A stretch of 62,672 nucleotides of DNA, the filler included, from Kipferlia bialata (lineage: Eukaryota), in the NCBI GenBank assembly GCA_003568945.1. It is 6 parts of 6 records of this genome, joined end to end, with 100 filler letters (N's around TTAATTAATTAA, not from the genome) between each part and the next. Parts side by side here need not be neighbours in the genome. Positions count along the whole stretch, not along the records: positions 1 to 10,369 come from BDIP01001442.1; positions 10,470 to 20,833 come from BDIP01001443.1; 4 more parts are not named here. The stretch is one strand, 5' to 3'. Position numbers and translations under genes: made by a program. Within the stretch, counting starts at the first letter, position 1; each line of letters opens with the position of its first letter. The notes beneath the pieces were generated by a model. The model was not told the DNA's origin. It was given only the letters and a program-made list of their open reading frames with translations, and ran no database searches. Of this stretch, positions 1-14,311 are shown piece by piece.

Positions 1-646
1 ACACTATAACAGTGTATGGTTGGTATGCCTGTGGTACAGCAGGTGCCAGTGGAGTGAGTACATGGACTTGTTGTACCAGGAGAGTAAGAGCTCAAAAGAC
101 TTGTATAACAAGTCAATAGATTGTATATTAGATAGTTCACTTGTTTACAGTACACGAGGTACCAGTGGAGTGAGGGCCATTGACGTGTATTGTATAGTAA
201 TAGATTGTGTATCATGTGGTAGTACACTAGTAGTATCTGTAGTACATCATGTACTGGGGGTGTCAGTACGGTGAGTGCCATAGAGTATATCAGGGAAATA
301 TGCTTAGTGGAGGTCCAGGTCCTGTGTGACACAGGCTGTGTCCTCCAAATTCAGTCCTAGTACATGTACTTGTTGTGTTGTACATGAATGTATTGTGTAA
401 TCATGTGATAGCATGGTGGTGGTGTATATAGGTTTGCATATAACAACAGTAGTGTAGAAAGATGTCGCTAAATGTACGCCGCCAAAAGACTCTACACAAT
501 GAATTTATCACTCAGACATACATCTGAGACAAGAAATATACTGTACAATTACTGCTAGAGTCTCCAGGAACACACATGAGGTTTTGATGGGTGAAGACTC
601 CGACAACGTTTGCCTTCTCTCTCTCTCTCTCTCTCTCTCCCTCTCT

Positions 647-3600
647 CTACTGCTCCTGCTGTCCCTGCTGGTGTCCAAGGAGACCCAGGTGGCTAGGCTG
701 GCGTCAGTGACACATATACATCGTGTAGAAACATAAGGTGAGAGGTACAAGTATATCTACTAACCTGACGGGCAAAGCCCATGTCGTCGACCTCTCCGTA
801 CGTGTTGTCCTCGGCAGCAGCCTCGAGCACGGGGATGTCCTCGAGGGCCTTGTGGGTGACAACGTTACCAGCCTCGTCCACTCCCTGTGCAATGTTACCC
901 TCATCGTCCTCAACGACAACGTGGAAGTCACAGTCAATCTCTCCCTCGAAGCCTACGCTGGAGTCGTCGGAGGAGTCGTCGAGCTGGGAGGCGGGGGCGG
1001 AGTCGCACTTCTGGTGCGTGGCACCCTCGGGGGGGTTGGAGGGGAGAAGGTCCACGGGGGGTGTGGAGACAGGGGCGAGGGGGGCGACGGGGAGGGGCAC
1101 CTCCTCGCAGACTGGGGCGTGCATGGGGTTGCTACCACCCACGAGTGCCTCTCCGCCCTCCATTGCCTTGGCCTTGGCGTCAGCGTCGCTCTCTCCCTTC
1201 TTCTGCGCGGGAGCCTTGGCGGTGCGGATGCAGGTGCAGTACACGACAATGGCAATGATGATGGCAACAAGAACAGCGCCTCCAATCACAATAGCCCAGG
1301 GGAAGGTGGCCTCGAGAGTCACAGGGGCCGTGAGGAGGGTAACGGATCCAAACGAGACAGTCACGTCGTAGGTGGTCTCCTCCTTGCCGGAGGTGCCGGA
1401 TATCGTGTAGGAAGTGGTGGTAGCGACCCACACGGAGTCCATGACGACTCCGTTGAACCTGACCTCGGGGCTGAGGTCGGTGGTGATGGTCTCACCGGCA
1501 ACGTCCTAGGGTGAGTACACATATAGACAGTATATATATATATACGCATACATTCAACGGCCCTGGGGAGCATGGGCTGCGGAGGGAGAGAGAGAGACAG
1601 CAGAGCTATATCACACACACACGTCAGTGGTAGTATATATACAAATATATAATATATAATACATGATGTACCCTGTACCTTGATGACGAGGCTGGCAGTG
1701 AACTCCTCGTTGGTGGAGGTGGGCAGGCCGGTGATTGCAGTCTGGACAGAGGAGAGGCTGGTATCGCCAACGACAACAGGGCCAATGGCGATAGTATCAG
1801 TGAAGAGGACGTCGTCAGAAGTGTCCTTGGGGGCATAGGCGCCGTCAGCAAGCACAGCCACGGAGGTGACCGTGTAGAGACCCTCGTATCCGAAGGCGAA
1901 GTCGACCATGTAGGTGTTGCCAGGCCTGGCGGTCTCTGTCATGGTGTGGGTGCCGTCGGATACGGTGACGTCAACGTTGGTGGAGCCCATGGCGGCACTG
2001 CAGTAGTCAATGAGGTTCATGTACACGGAGAAGGTCTCATCGATGAGCACAGAGGCGGCAGAGAGGGACATGGAGGAGACCGAAACATCGACGCCGCTGG
2101 TGTAGACGGTGACGTCCTGGGCAATCTCATCGCTGTCGAGGGTGAGAGTGAGGGTGTGGGTGCCTGGGGTGCTGGAGACCACGGGGTCAAAGCTGTAGGA
2201 GGAGTCAGTGCTGTCGTAGGTAATGGGGTAGGTAACGGGGTACTCCCACCCCACAACGAGCAGAGAGGACATGTCGGTAGTGTAGGTGGCGCCGTTCTTG
2301 ATGAGGGTGAATGTGACATGCTCTGTCTGACAGGTGTGATCCACAGAGAGGTCCAGGGAGGTGGTGATACCATACGTGGTGGCAACGGCCTCAGAGACAA
2401 TCTCAACCGAGTTGACGGTCACAGTGATCGCGTAGCTCTCGGGGATGTTGGCAGAGGAGCCGGTGATCAGGTAGGACTTGGTGCCGGTCACCCAGGTGGG
2501 GGAGACCACGGAACCGTCCCAGGTGATGACGGGGGAGAGGTCCTGGTCAACGGGGTTGCCGTACACGTCGTTGATGACGAGAGAGGCGGTGTAGGCCTCA
2601 TCGGTGGAGGTGGGCAGGCCGGTGAGGGTGGAGAGGGAGGCAGATACACCCACAGTGTCAGTGCCCACGGTGACGAAGGTGGGGGCGATGTCGATAGTGG
2701 CGGCGTGTATCTGTGTGCCGTCGATGAAGGTGGTGTAGGTCCAGGGACCCTCGACCTCGATGAACTCAGTGGACGTGAATGAGACGGGGTCCTCACTCGA
2801 AAGCGTAAAGCCCGTACCGGAGAAGCATACGTTGGGGGTCACATTGACGTTGCAGATTGTGAAGTCTACGGCCGCAGTCTCGATAGTGGCGTCGCAGCCG
2901 TCCTTGGGGGTCATGCTGAAGGTGAAGTCGCCGTCGAAGGAGATGCCGTCGGAGAGGAGGGCGTTGCCAGGCAGCACGAAGGTGGCGGCGCTGTTGGCGA
3001 CGTTGGGCACGACAGCGACGGTGGCGGTGTCGGTACCGAGCACGGTGGAGCCAATCTTGACGGAGAGGGTGTGCTCTCCGGCTGTGGTGGGGGCAACGAC
3101 AGCCACGTAGTAGGAGTTGGCGAGGGAGTTGTAGGAGACAACGTTGGAGGTCTCGTCGGTGTCGTCCCAGACGGCGGACATCTTGTCAGAGAGGTCGGTG
3201 GTGGTGGCTACCCCGTCGGCGAAGAGGGTGAAGGTGAGGGTGTCCTCGGCGCAGGTCTCGTCGACAGTGGACAAGGCGGTGAGGTCGGTGGTGGTGTACT
3301 CAATGCCCAGCTCAAGGGTGTACTCAAAGTCGTCGTAGAAGAGATAGTGCTCCTGTGCGGCAAAGAGCACGTTGATGTCAATGTCACCGGGGATGGAGGG
3401 CATGGTTATGGCGAAGGTGTAGGTGAAGGCAGAGGTGTCGAAGGTGTACTCAGTAAAGTAGCCCTCGTCGCTCTCGCCGTCGCCGTCGAGGTAGTAGTAC
3501 ACGGACATCTGGCCGGGGACGATGGGTGTCTCAATGACGGCGCCGTTTCCATCGGTGAGCTGGAAGACTAGGGTACCCTCCTCATCAGTTACGGTGAAGT

Positions 3601-4779
3601 CGGTGATGGTGGCGTCGTTCTCGATGTCGAGCTCGTCGGTGATCTGGACGTAGACGTAGACACCACCGGTGCTGGTGCCGCTCTGGAGCTGGGTGGCGGA
3701 GTCAAAGGAGTTGACGCCACTGGGGGTGAGGAATGCACAACACAATACACTATACAGTGGAGGTGGGTAGAGATGCGTTAGAGACACAACCATAAAGAAA
3801 GGGAGTATAGTGGAGAGTATAGGGGCACTCACGTGTCTGTGACAAAGGTGTAGTCGCCGTTCACAGCCATTGTGGCTCCATAGGCAGTACCAACAGTCTC
3901 CTGGGGTGAGGGGGACATGGCAGAGAGGGTATATGGGGCAGGGATATCTAGGATACACTAGCCAGAACATGGAGACACAGTAACACTGTCGAGGTACATC
4001 TATATACATGCCGTCACACACAAACACACGCGCTTATACATATATGTATATATATACACATACCATGAAGTTGAGGTCGTTGTAGGTGAGGGTCCACTCA
4101 CTCTGGCCATCCTCCTCAGTGTAGTAGAACCTATTATGAGTATTATAATGTATACATACATATATATAGAGAGAGAGTGGATGTCGCATCTTCCACAGTG
4201 TAGTGGAACCTGTCATTAGCATATATATACATAAATACACATGTCTGTATGTATATACACATGTCTGTATGTATATACACATACAACCACGTACAATGAT
4301 GCCGCTCCCAGAGTACTATGATATACACATGTGTGGATGCATATATACTAATATATACACGTACACTGATGCTGCCCCCTCCGAGCTGTCTGGGTTGGTG
4401 GCCACCAGTGCCTCCCCATAGTACTCAATGTTGAGGAGGCCCTCGGTCATGTCGGAGGCCGTGATGTAGTAGTGCACGTCCTCGCCCCAGATAGTCTCGT
4501 CATAGTGCCAACTGGGCAGCCTGGGTTAGTATTATATCTCATTAATACAAATCTATAATCAATAAGTACTAAAAACAATATATCCTATTAGTGTGATATA
4601 TTAGGTTACAATTATATACTCAAATAAATATAAAACTGGCCCACCTGTTGGAGCCGTTCTCGTCATACTCGTAGAATGTGATGGAACCCGTGATGTCGTC
4701 ACGGTCGTCTACAGTGTCGACAGAGGAGATGGCAACCTGAGTGTCAGTGGATATATGCAGAGAGAGAGAGAGAGGGGGG

Positions 4780-4813
<34 letters not shown>

Positions 4814-6846
4814 CAGAGAGAGAGAGAACGTGTCGACAGAGGAGATGGCGACCTAAGGGGTAAGAGATATAAATGCATATACACATATAGTGTATACATA
4901 TAAAGTGTATCCATATAGAGAGAGAGGAGATGGCAACCTAAGGGGTTAGAGATATGTATATGTATACACACACACACATATATACATATATAGAGAGAGA
5001 TAGCCAGAGGAGACGGCAACTTAAGGGGTTAGAGTCAGTATGGTATCACTATGTATGCATATACAAATTAATAAGAATATATAAGAATATATATGGAGAG
5101 AGAGATAGGAGACGGCGAGCTTGGGTTTAGAGCCAACAGTGTTACTAGGTATATATATATACATACAAATACATTTATATATAGATATATATATATATAT
5201 ATATAAATTTGCAGATGCCTCACCTTGGAATCGTCAGCCTACTTTGTATATACATATTCAAGTACTAGATACTATATATACAGATTCTATATATATAGAG
5301 AGAGAGAGAAAGAGAGAGAGAGAGACAGAGAGAGAGAGACCTCACCTGGGAATCGTCAGCCTTGACAGCAACGTCGCTGGCGGTGCCTGTGGAGACGTAG
5401 AGGCGCTGCCACTCGGGCTCAGTGTCGGTAATGTTGATAACGTAGGCATAGCTGTCGGTACCAGAGGTCATGGCGATGACGTCACCTGGGGTGAGATACT
5501 GAACTATACACAATAACTATGTATATATATACATATATATATATATATCGTGGGATATACAATGGGAATACTGGACTATGCAAATATACATACCCCAGGT
5601 ACCAAAGAATGGTGTCACTATAATAATATAAGTGTGTTGAACACATATACTGTAAAGACCATACATGTAGTGTAGTGTAGTGAATAACGGGAATACCTCC
5701 AATAGCGATGCGAGGGGCAGTGGAGGTTGCTGTGTACTCAGAAGGGAACTCTAGCGCGGCGTATGTTGTGGCCTCTATGGGATTCATGTAGTAGAGCTTC
5801 TCGGGGCTGTTGGCGACAATCGTGGAACCACTGGAGGTGAGACATACAATATATAGACCATAGACACCACTAAGAATACACTCAAATAGTACAGCCGTAC
5901 CCGGTCACAAGCTGGTCTCCAAACCCAGCGGAGGCATGGTTGTAAGAGTGGGTTCTGGTGGACTCCCATGAGCTAGCACCCTTTGAACAGAGGTAGGCGT
6001 CGACCGTGGTAGGTGCTGCACTAGGGACCTGGGATGTGAGTACATATACACATATACATGCCAGGACTGCAAGAAACTCACTGCGGCATACATACCATAT
6101 ATAGCAACTATAGATGTATCCAAATACACACATATCTATACACATACACACATAAATATACAAAAATGTATATACACAGACAGTATCAGCATCTACGTAC
6201 CATCGCGTATACCAAGAATTGGCTACCAAGCGCGGCCAGAATGGTCAGGGAGCTGATGGTGCCGTCAATGGCCTCCTCGAAGAGCTTCTCATAGAGACCT
6301 ACGGTTAGTACGCATACACACATACTGACAGGTGTTCATATATACGTGTCTATTGTAATACTATAGAATAAGGATAAATATGTGTGGGTGTGTGTGTGTG
6401 TATCCATAGAAGCCTGAAAAGAGTGTTCTTGCCCTGAGCCTGTATCCATATACAGATACATATACATAAATATACATGTAAATATACATATATATACATG
6501 TATATACCTGTGGTGCTGCTCAGCTCGTAAGTGGTCAGCCTGCCGCATCATATATACACATGTATATATACATGTATATATATATATATATACATACATA
6601 TATACATGTATATATGAATACACACCTGTGGTGCTGCTCAGCTCGTATGTGGTCAGCTTGTTGTCGCCACTCACGACCAGAAGATCACCGTCAACGGCAA
6701 TGTGCTCGCCAGCGTTGGTGCCTGGGGGTTAGGTGGAATCGTGTTGCAATAGTAGCCTAGTGTAATAATACATGTGTCAGTACCTAATGTCCGTAACTAA
6801 GAGAGAGAGATGGGATAAGAGAGAGAAAGAGAGAGAGAGAGATGGG

Positions 6847-6880
<34 letters not shown>

Positions 6881-9294
6881 CCATACCATCGGGGGTCAGG
6901 AGCTGAATGGCGGCGTGGATGGCGAGGCGGCTGTTACAGTCCTCTATATCACGGCTGGTCAGGTACCTGGGAAGGTAAGTACATCGCGTAAGAGAGAGAG
7001 TTTGTGTATATACCGGGTAGGTAACTTACTAGGTTACGTACTCAAAGACGTCGACACTGCCTGTGTAGATAGGCTCCTCGTCCTGTGTGACACCATACTG
7101 GGTGAAGATCATAATCTCACCAAGGCCGTCGTAGTTGAAACCAGTCTGGGAAGCGGTGTAGGTCTAGGGTGAGGGGGTGAATATATATATACACATGCAT
7201 ATACTTACATAAACATGCACATATATATATATATATATATAAGCGGTGTAGGTCTGGGGTGAGGGGGGAGGATACATGTACTGATAGAGAGAGAGACAGA
7301 GAAGAGACGCGGTTAAGGGTGTAGGTCTGGGGCGAGAGGGGATACATACACTGATAGAGAGAGATAGTGTATATGTGAATATACAATTATATTCACTAAT
7401 TCATGTATAGATATGTAAATACATGAACCTTAGTAGCCTCGTCTTACTGTATCGTCATGAATATCCACATATACAATTGAAATATACATATAGAACAATT
7501 ATTGATACATATACACTATATATATATATACATGTACCTTAGTAGCCTCGTCATACTGTGCAATGCCGCTACCCCAGCCTCCGTTGGTGCTTTGGTATGC
7601 ACGCATGTAGCTGAGAATCTTGAGTGAGGGTATATTGAGACGGAACAAGAGAGAGAGAGAGAGATAGAGGTCCAGTGCCAATTCCTGCATGAGAACAATG
7701 CAGAATCATAATAGCCTGATAGATACATAAACATATAGTACTTCACTCAATACGTATATGTATATATATAGTATCATGGGTTAAGGCACAGTTATTGACA
7801 CAATGTATATATGTGTGAATCGACTGAGAGGGAGAGAACCTTGCATATAATACAATATATATATATATATATATATACCTTGCTGTCGAGCACGTCTCCG
7901 TCCATGTATGTCAGGTTGATGCATACACCATACATATATATAATTAGTTACATACTCAGAACACATATTTCATATACCATACACACCATACATAGAGGTA
8001 TATCATATACATTACACAATACATACTATCTATATAGTATACCTTGCTGTCGAGCACGTCTCCGTCCATATCGGTCAGCTGGAAGGACACTGTGTAGTTT
8101 TCACCATCGGCACTGAGACCTGCGGTAATTATATATATACTATACTCATTATACATTATAATATACTGTGCGTACCGTCTAGGTTGTCGGTGGGAAATAG
8201 TGCTAAAATATAGTGATATGTATAAATGAATAATTTGTATATATAATCATTATAAATTTATTAAAAATTATTAAAAATCAATAATTGGTGTCGTACCGTC
8301 TGGTGTGTCGCTGGAGGGATTAACGACAAGGTCAGTGAGCTGGAGCTGGAGTTAGAATACATCTATATATGCATACGATACGACAAATACATATACATAC
8401 AATACATGTACATATATATATATATATATGTTTGTGTGTGTGTGTGTGTGTGTACAGCAACAGAGGGAGATATATAGAAAGAGAGAGATATAAAGGGTGA
8501 AGGTATAATATATATATATGTGGGTGATGTTTTTCAGTATCAATACTAGGTATCATAATTAAACAATTCGTGTATGCATGTATATATAAATATGTAATAT
8601 CAGCTCTATATATATACATATATATGCATATATAAAATGACACACAAAAATATTGACACGGTATCCCACCTGCTGGTACACGTATACCCCTCCCGTCGCG
8701 TGGTCACTGGAGTACATCTCGGAAGTGGTGTCGAAAGGATCAGACATCCTGTGCATTAGCAGTGACTCGTGGATATCTACACATTAATGATACGAATTAT
8801 ACGCGTAATATAATGAATAATTCACGTACGAGTTTGATGCCAGGATGGTGTCTCCAATCTGACCCACGCAGTCTGCAAACTGGCCGTCCAGCTTGGAAGT
8901 GCTCATGGCGGCAATCTGGGATGAGATGTAGAAGTATAGTATTAGATTAGCAGTATATATACATATACATATATATATATATACAGTAGTATCATTACAA
9001 ATGTGTGCATGTAAACCGTGGTTATCTCAGAATACAGTTGTATGTAATCATACACCTCACCCCCAGTTAGAAGACACCGCTCAAAACACACACACACACA
9101 CATATATATGAATTAATATATACTGTATATCAAAATATATGCTGTATATAAATTTATACTGTATATACATAATCTCTATGATACACATTATATATATACT
9201 ATATATATGATCTCACCCCATAGATCAGACCAGTCATGTACCAGTCGTCCCCATAGGCCTCACGGTCAAAGCTGAGTGAGTGATAGGGGGGAGG

Positions 9295-9336
<42 letters not shown>

Positions 9337-10010
9337 GTACACTTGGATGGGGTTGTACACGTCAGTCTCAGTGCCGCAGACGAGTCTGTTGCCCTAAGGG
9401 TGAGGGGGATACTTCAGTACACAATGGAATCGACAATGGACAGGGTGAACAGAGGATAGAGAGGGACATGTATGTGCTACGCAACTCTGTGGAAGGGGCA
9501 TCTTCAGTATACACATGTCACACTATATATACATACACACACACACACAGAGAGAGAGAGACCACACTGTACCTCGAGGGAGAGGCTGCCGATGGAGTTG
9601 TGGGAGAAGTCCCGGTCCCTGTGGGCGTGTCCGTAGAGGGTACTGACAACGTTTGTGGCATCAGTAGGGTTAGCAGAGGCCCAGTTGGTAATGGTGACAG
9701 AGCCAGTGACCTGGGGGTGAGAGGAGAGAGAGAGAGAGAGAGAGAGATAGAGTAGGACGGCCAGTTGGTGATTGTGACAGAGCCAGTGATCTAGAAGGAT
9801 ACACATATACACACACCTCGGTGTCTGGGTTGTCGTCTGTGTCTGGGTCTCCCCCTCCCAATACATACACTAATAGTAATACGCTACAATAATACATATA
9901 TATACAATAAATAAATGAACATAAATAGATATATATATACCTCCTCATCCGGGTTGTCGTCTGTGTCGGGGTTGACAGTGTCCTTCCAGGAGATGGCAAT
10001 CTACACATGA

Positions 10011-10052
<42 letters not shown>

Positions 10053-10273
10053 CCAGGAGATGGCAATCTACGCATGAGAGAGAGAGAGAGAGAGAAAGAG
10101 ACAAACATCCATATATATAACGCAGTATAGATGCCCTCATTTCGAACCCATCTGTGGTATATCAATTATTAGTAACTACATTGTTGCGTACATGCAATAT
10201 ATATATTGTTCTATGCATATACCTCGAACCCATCTGTGGTGGTCTGAATGGCAACGCCTAGGGGGGTCTCACC
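647..10273 (-). CDS. Large type I membrane/cell-surface protein with FG-GAP-like propeller motifs, Ig-like beta-sandwich repeats, one C-terminal TM helix and an acidic cytoplasmic tail; 5' end truncated by the contig edge
   Basis: Hand-spliced 3' exons: 647-697 (ends ...HQQGQQEQ-TAG), 765-1505 (TM WAIVIGGAVLVAIIIAIVVYC), 1679-3719 and 3833-3900, then many short GT-AG exons up to 10273. FG-GAP-like motifs include YGATMAVNGDYTFV, AVDGDLLVVSG and GFGDQLVT. Internal repeat: LTGLPTSTDEAYTASLVI / ITGLPTSTNEEFTASLVI. Fold calls are by eye. Confidence 0.8.
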
Positions 10274-10369
10274 CTGGGGGGTGAGTAATGGTGGTACACG
10301 CACTATACATAGAGAGAGAGAGAGGGGGGGGGGGGGGGGCCCCCCCCGGGGGAAAGGGGAAAAAAAAAA

Positions 10370-10469
10370 NNNNNNNNNNNNNNNNNNNNNNNNNNNNNNN
10401 NNNNNNNNNNNNNTTAATTAATTAANNNNNNNNNNNNNNNNNNNNNNNNNNNNNNNNNNNNNNNNNNNN
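10370..10469. other. Artificial contig-join spacer (N44-TTAATTAATTAA-N44)
   Basis: Exactly 100 nt with an all-frame stop linker. Identical spacers recur every ~10.46 kb. Confidence 0.97.
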
Positions 10470-10524
<55 letters not shown>

Positions 10525-10566
10525 CTCTCTCTCTCTGTATATTACAATACTGTATACTCACTCCAG

Positions 10567-11520
10567 GCCTCCCCCACGGTGCTCCTGTCCCTGAGGCAGA
10601 CCTGATGAGGAGTCTCAGGGGGTATGGATATATATATATGTATATATACATGTTCATGTAGGGAGAGAGAGAGAGAGAGAGGGAGGGGGGGGGGGGGCTA
10701 TGTCCCCGAGGCAGACCTGATGAGGAGTCTCAGGGGGTGAGTGTGGTTATGTATATATATGTATGTGTGTGAAGGTATATTTGTAGGAATAGAGAGAGAG
10801 AGAAAGAGAGAGAAAGGCGGTATGTGCAGACCTGCTGAGGAGTCTCATGGGGTATGTGAAAAGATATATATGTATAGGCAGAGAGTTGAATTCGACCTTA
10901 TCCCAGTTCCTATGGCATATCTGGTGTATTCTCTCTCTCTCTCTCTCTCTCCCTCTACACCCTCATTCCAGTTCCTATGGCATGTCAGGTGCATGTTGGC
11001 TACTCGAGCCCAGTGAGGAGGACCACAAGGTGTAGTGGATATATGTATACAAGTGTATAGAATGTGTATGTATACAAGTGTATAGAATGTGTATGAGTGT
11101 GTGCTTACAAGCCAATGAGGAGGATCACAAGGTGGGTCTCTGTGCATAGTATAGTCTTTGCACTCTAACTCCGCTTGCCTCTGTCGATGGATACTGACAC
11201 ACGCACTATATAGTCCCAGATTATTGATATATCTATATATATTTATGAATATAATACAATATTATATTCACATATGTACTCTCTAACTCCCCAGGCCATG
11301 CTTGCCTCTGTCGATGGATACGGGTCCAGGAAGTATGGAGACAGGTATGCGTTGATGTATATATATGTGTATGTATAGAGAGAGGGGGGGATGCTCCAGG
11401 AAGTATGGAGACAGGTACTGAAGAATTATAGTTCTCTCTCTCTCTCTCTCTCTCTCTGTCTATGTCTCTCTCTCTCTCTCTGTACACCCTTATATCAGGG
11501 TCTTCTGTGCTGGTCAAGAC

Positions 11521-11557
<37 letters not shown>

Positions 11558-11803
11558 ACCCTTATATCAGGGTCTTCTGTGCTGGTCCCGATGAGCAGCT
11601 GGTGTCTCTGCACTACATGAGGAAGAGGTATATACAGACACCCACATATATATAGATACATACATATATATACAGTATGTTGTACTATCTAATTACAAAT
11701 AGCAGTTGGTGTCCCTGCACTACATGAGGAAGAGGTGGGATACTCTCTCTTTCTCTCTCTCTCAATATATACTCACCCTAGTCCCCAGCTCCCCTGGACC
11801 AAC

Positions 11804-11845
<42 letters not shown>

Positions 11846-12106
11846 CATATATATAGCTAGTATATATATATACACTCATATCAGCTCTCAGGGATCCTGC
11901 TTCACCCCCTGGACCAATATTGGCAGAGCATTTAACTGTGTCAGCTGGCAGAAGGGTGAGTGTAATAAGAGTAGTATACTGAGAGTGATACACTGCACTA
12001 TATTGTCTCGGCAAAACAGAGTTGATGTATACTTAGGTCCTGAGATGGATATTAGATTATTGTTATTAGATATTACTATGTGTCCTACCCATTCCGAATA
12101 CACATA

Positions 12107-12154
<48 letters not shown>

Positions 12155-12319
12155 GAGAGAGAGAGAGTAGTAATTACTCCCTAGACGACATTGAGTCTGG
12201 CAAGCTGTCCCTGCTCCCAATGCCCAAGGGCAGACCAGGGGTGGAGGCAATGCCAGTCAACCCAAGGTATATATAATGTAGAGAGTATAGTGAATAGTAT
12301 GTATATTGTATATAGATAA

Positions 12320-12353
<34 letters not shown>

Positions 12354-13143
12354 ATGCCCAAGGGCAGGCCAGGGATAGAGGCAATGCCAGTCAATCCTCC
12401 AGGTTGATACACTCTCTCTATGCTGAGAAGGATTGTACTGAGCCGTGTTTTCTCTCCCGGTTTCTCCCCCTATATATTATTTCCACTTACTCCAGACGCT
12501 ACCGAATTGCAGAGGATGGCAGTGCTACACACACTCTATCTCTCTCTCTCTCTATGTGTATATATATTGTTTGCTCTATATATATCCTCACCCTAGGCGC
12601 TACCGCATTGCAGAGGATGGCAGTGCCACCCTGATCCCAGAGAGTGCGATGGGTGAGTATATACAGTGTATATGTATGTGTATATAGAATGTGTATATAT
12701 GTATGCAGTATGTATGTATGTAACTACTCATACCAGCCCCCCTCCCTTAGGCAGAGACATGGAGTGTAGAAAAGTAGCAGTAGTGGTACTCTATATATTA
12801 GTGTACCTAAGTAGACATATGTACTCACCCTAGCCCCCCTCCCCGAGCCCGAGCCCGAGGCACAGGGCATGGAGGTTGATGCCGTGTCTGCCCTGGAGAG
12901 TGACACCAAGGCAGAGAGTGCAGTGAGGTATAGAGTATATAGTATATATAGATATATATACTATATTGTATGTATTAGTAGTATAGTATGCCGTGTCTGC
13001 CCTGGAGAGTGACACAAGGGCAGAGAGTGCAGTAAGGTATAGGGTATAGGGTATATATATATGTATATATAGAGAGAGAGAGAGAGACATCCCTGGAGAG
13101 TGACACCAAGGCAGAGAGTGCAGTCAGGTATATAGAATATAAT

Positions 13144-13177
<34 letters not shown>

Positions 13178-13234
13178 CAGCCCTGGAGAGTGACACCAGG
13201 GCAGAGAGTGCAGTGAGGTATAGGGTGTATATGG

Positions 13235-13284
<50 letters not shown>

Positions 13285-14264
13285 CACCCAGGCAGAGAGT
13301 GCAGTGAGGTGTGTATAGATATAGTATATATTGACAGTGATAGAGATAGTGTGTGTGTGTGTATGACGCCAAGAGAGAGTGCAGTGTAGTACTTGTGTAG
13401 TATATAGTGAGATAGATCTCACAACAAGGGTCCTGCATTATGTGACTAAGAAGCCCTGGTTATATTGGTATACTATATACTATAGTTTATATTCTGTATA
13501 TACTGTATATAGAGATAGATGTCTAACCCATATACACTATACCTTGTAACTCTGTACTGTAATCGGTAGTTGTCTTACGCCCCAGGGTGCTGCACTATGT
13601 GACTGAGAAGCCCTGGAACGCAGACCCAGCGGCACCATCAAGGTATGCCATATATATATGTGTAGAGAGATATATGGTATATTCGTATTCATATTTATTC
13701 GTGTATATGTCATGGAACGCAGACCCAGCGGCACCATCGAGGTATTTCTCTACAGATATTACTCTTGGTGATTTATGTAGTGGCGATATGTGTATTTGTA
13801 TATATGTATCCATTATCCCCCAGGGAGAAGAAGCAGCTCTGGCCAGACTACAGTGTACAGTGTATCTATTGATATATATCAACCTATATCACTCTATATA
13901 TACTACTATGTACGATATACTTAACTCTAGGGAGAAGAAGCAGCTCTGGCCAGACTACAGGGTGTGGTACGAGTCACTCACAAGGCTCAAGACAGGTATC
14001 TTAGTGAATGCTTAATATTATACTTCGTAGTATATATATATGCTTGTGTATGTGTATATATATACTAGTCTATGTATAAAGGGTGTGGTACGAGTCACTC
14101 AGAAGAGTCAAGACAGGTATGTGTGTGTTTGGATTTGTATAATATATGTACATGATTTACATACCTACATATCAGTGTATGTGTACTCTCAATATACAGT
14201 TTTCTATAGTGCATGTACATCTCTCCTGATGCGACTATACATCTCACCCCCAGTCCTTGGCCAT

Positions 14265-14311
<47 letters not shown>

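Noticed and set aside
738..3571. Long plus-strand ORFs antisense to the surface-protein gene
   Set aside because: Shadow ORFs expected from strong C/G third-position bias; no recognisable products.
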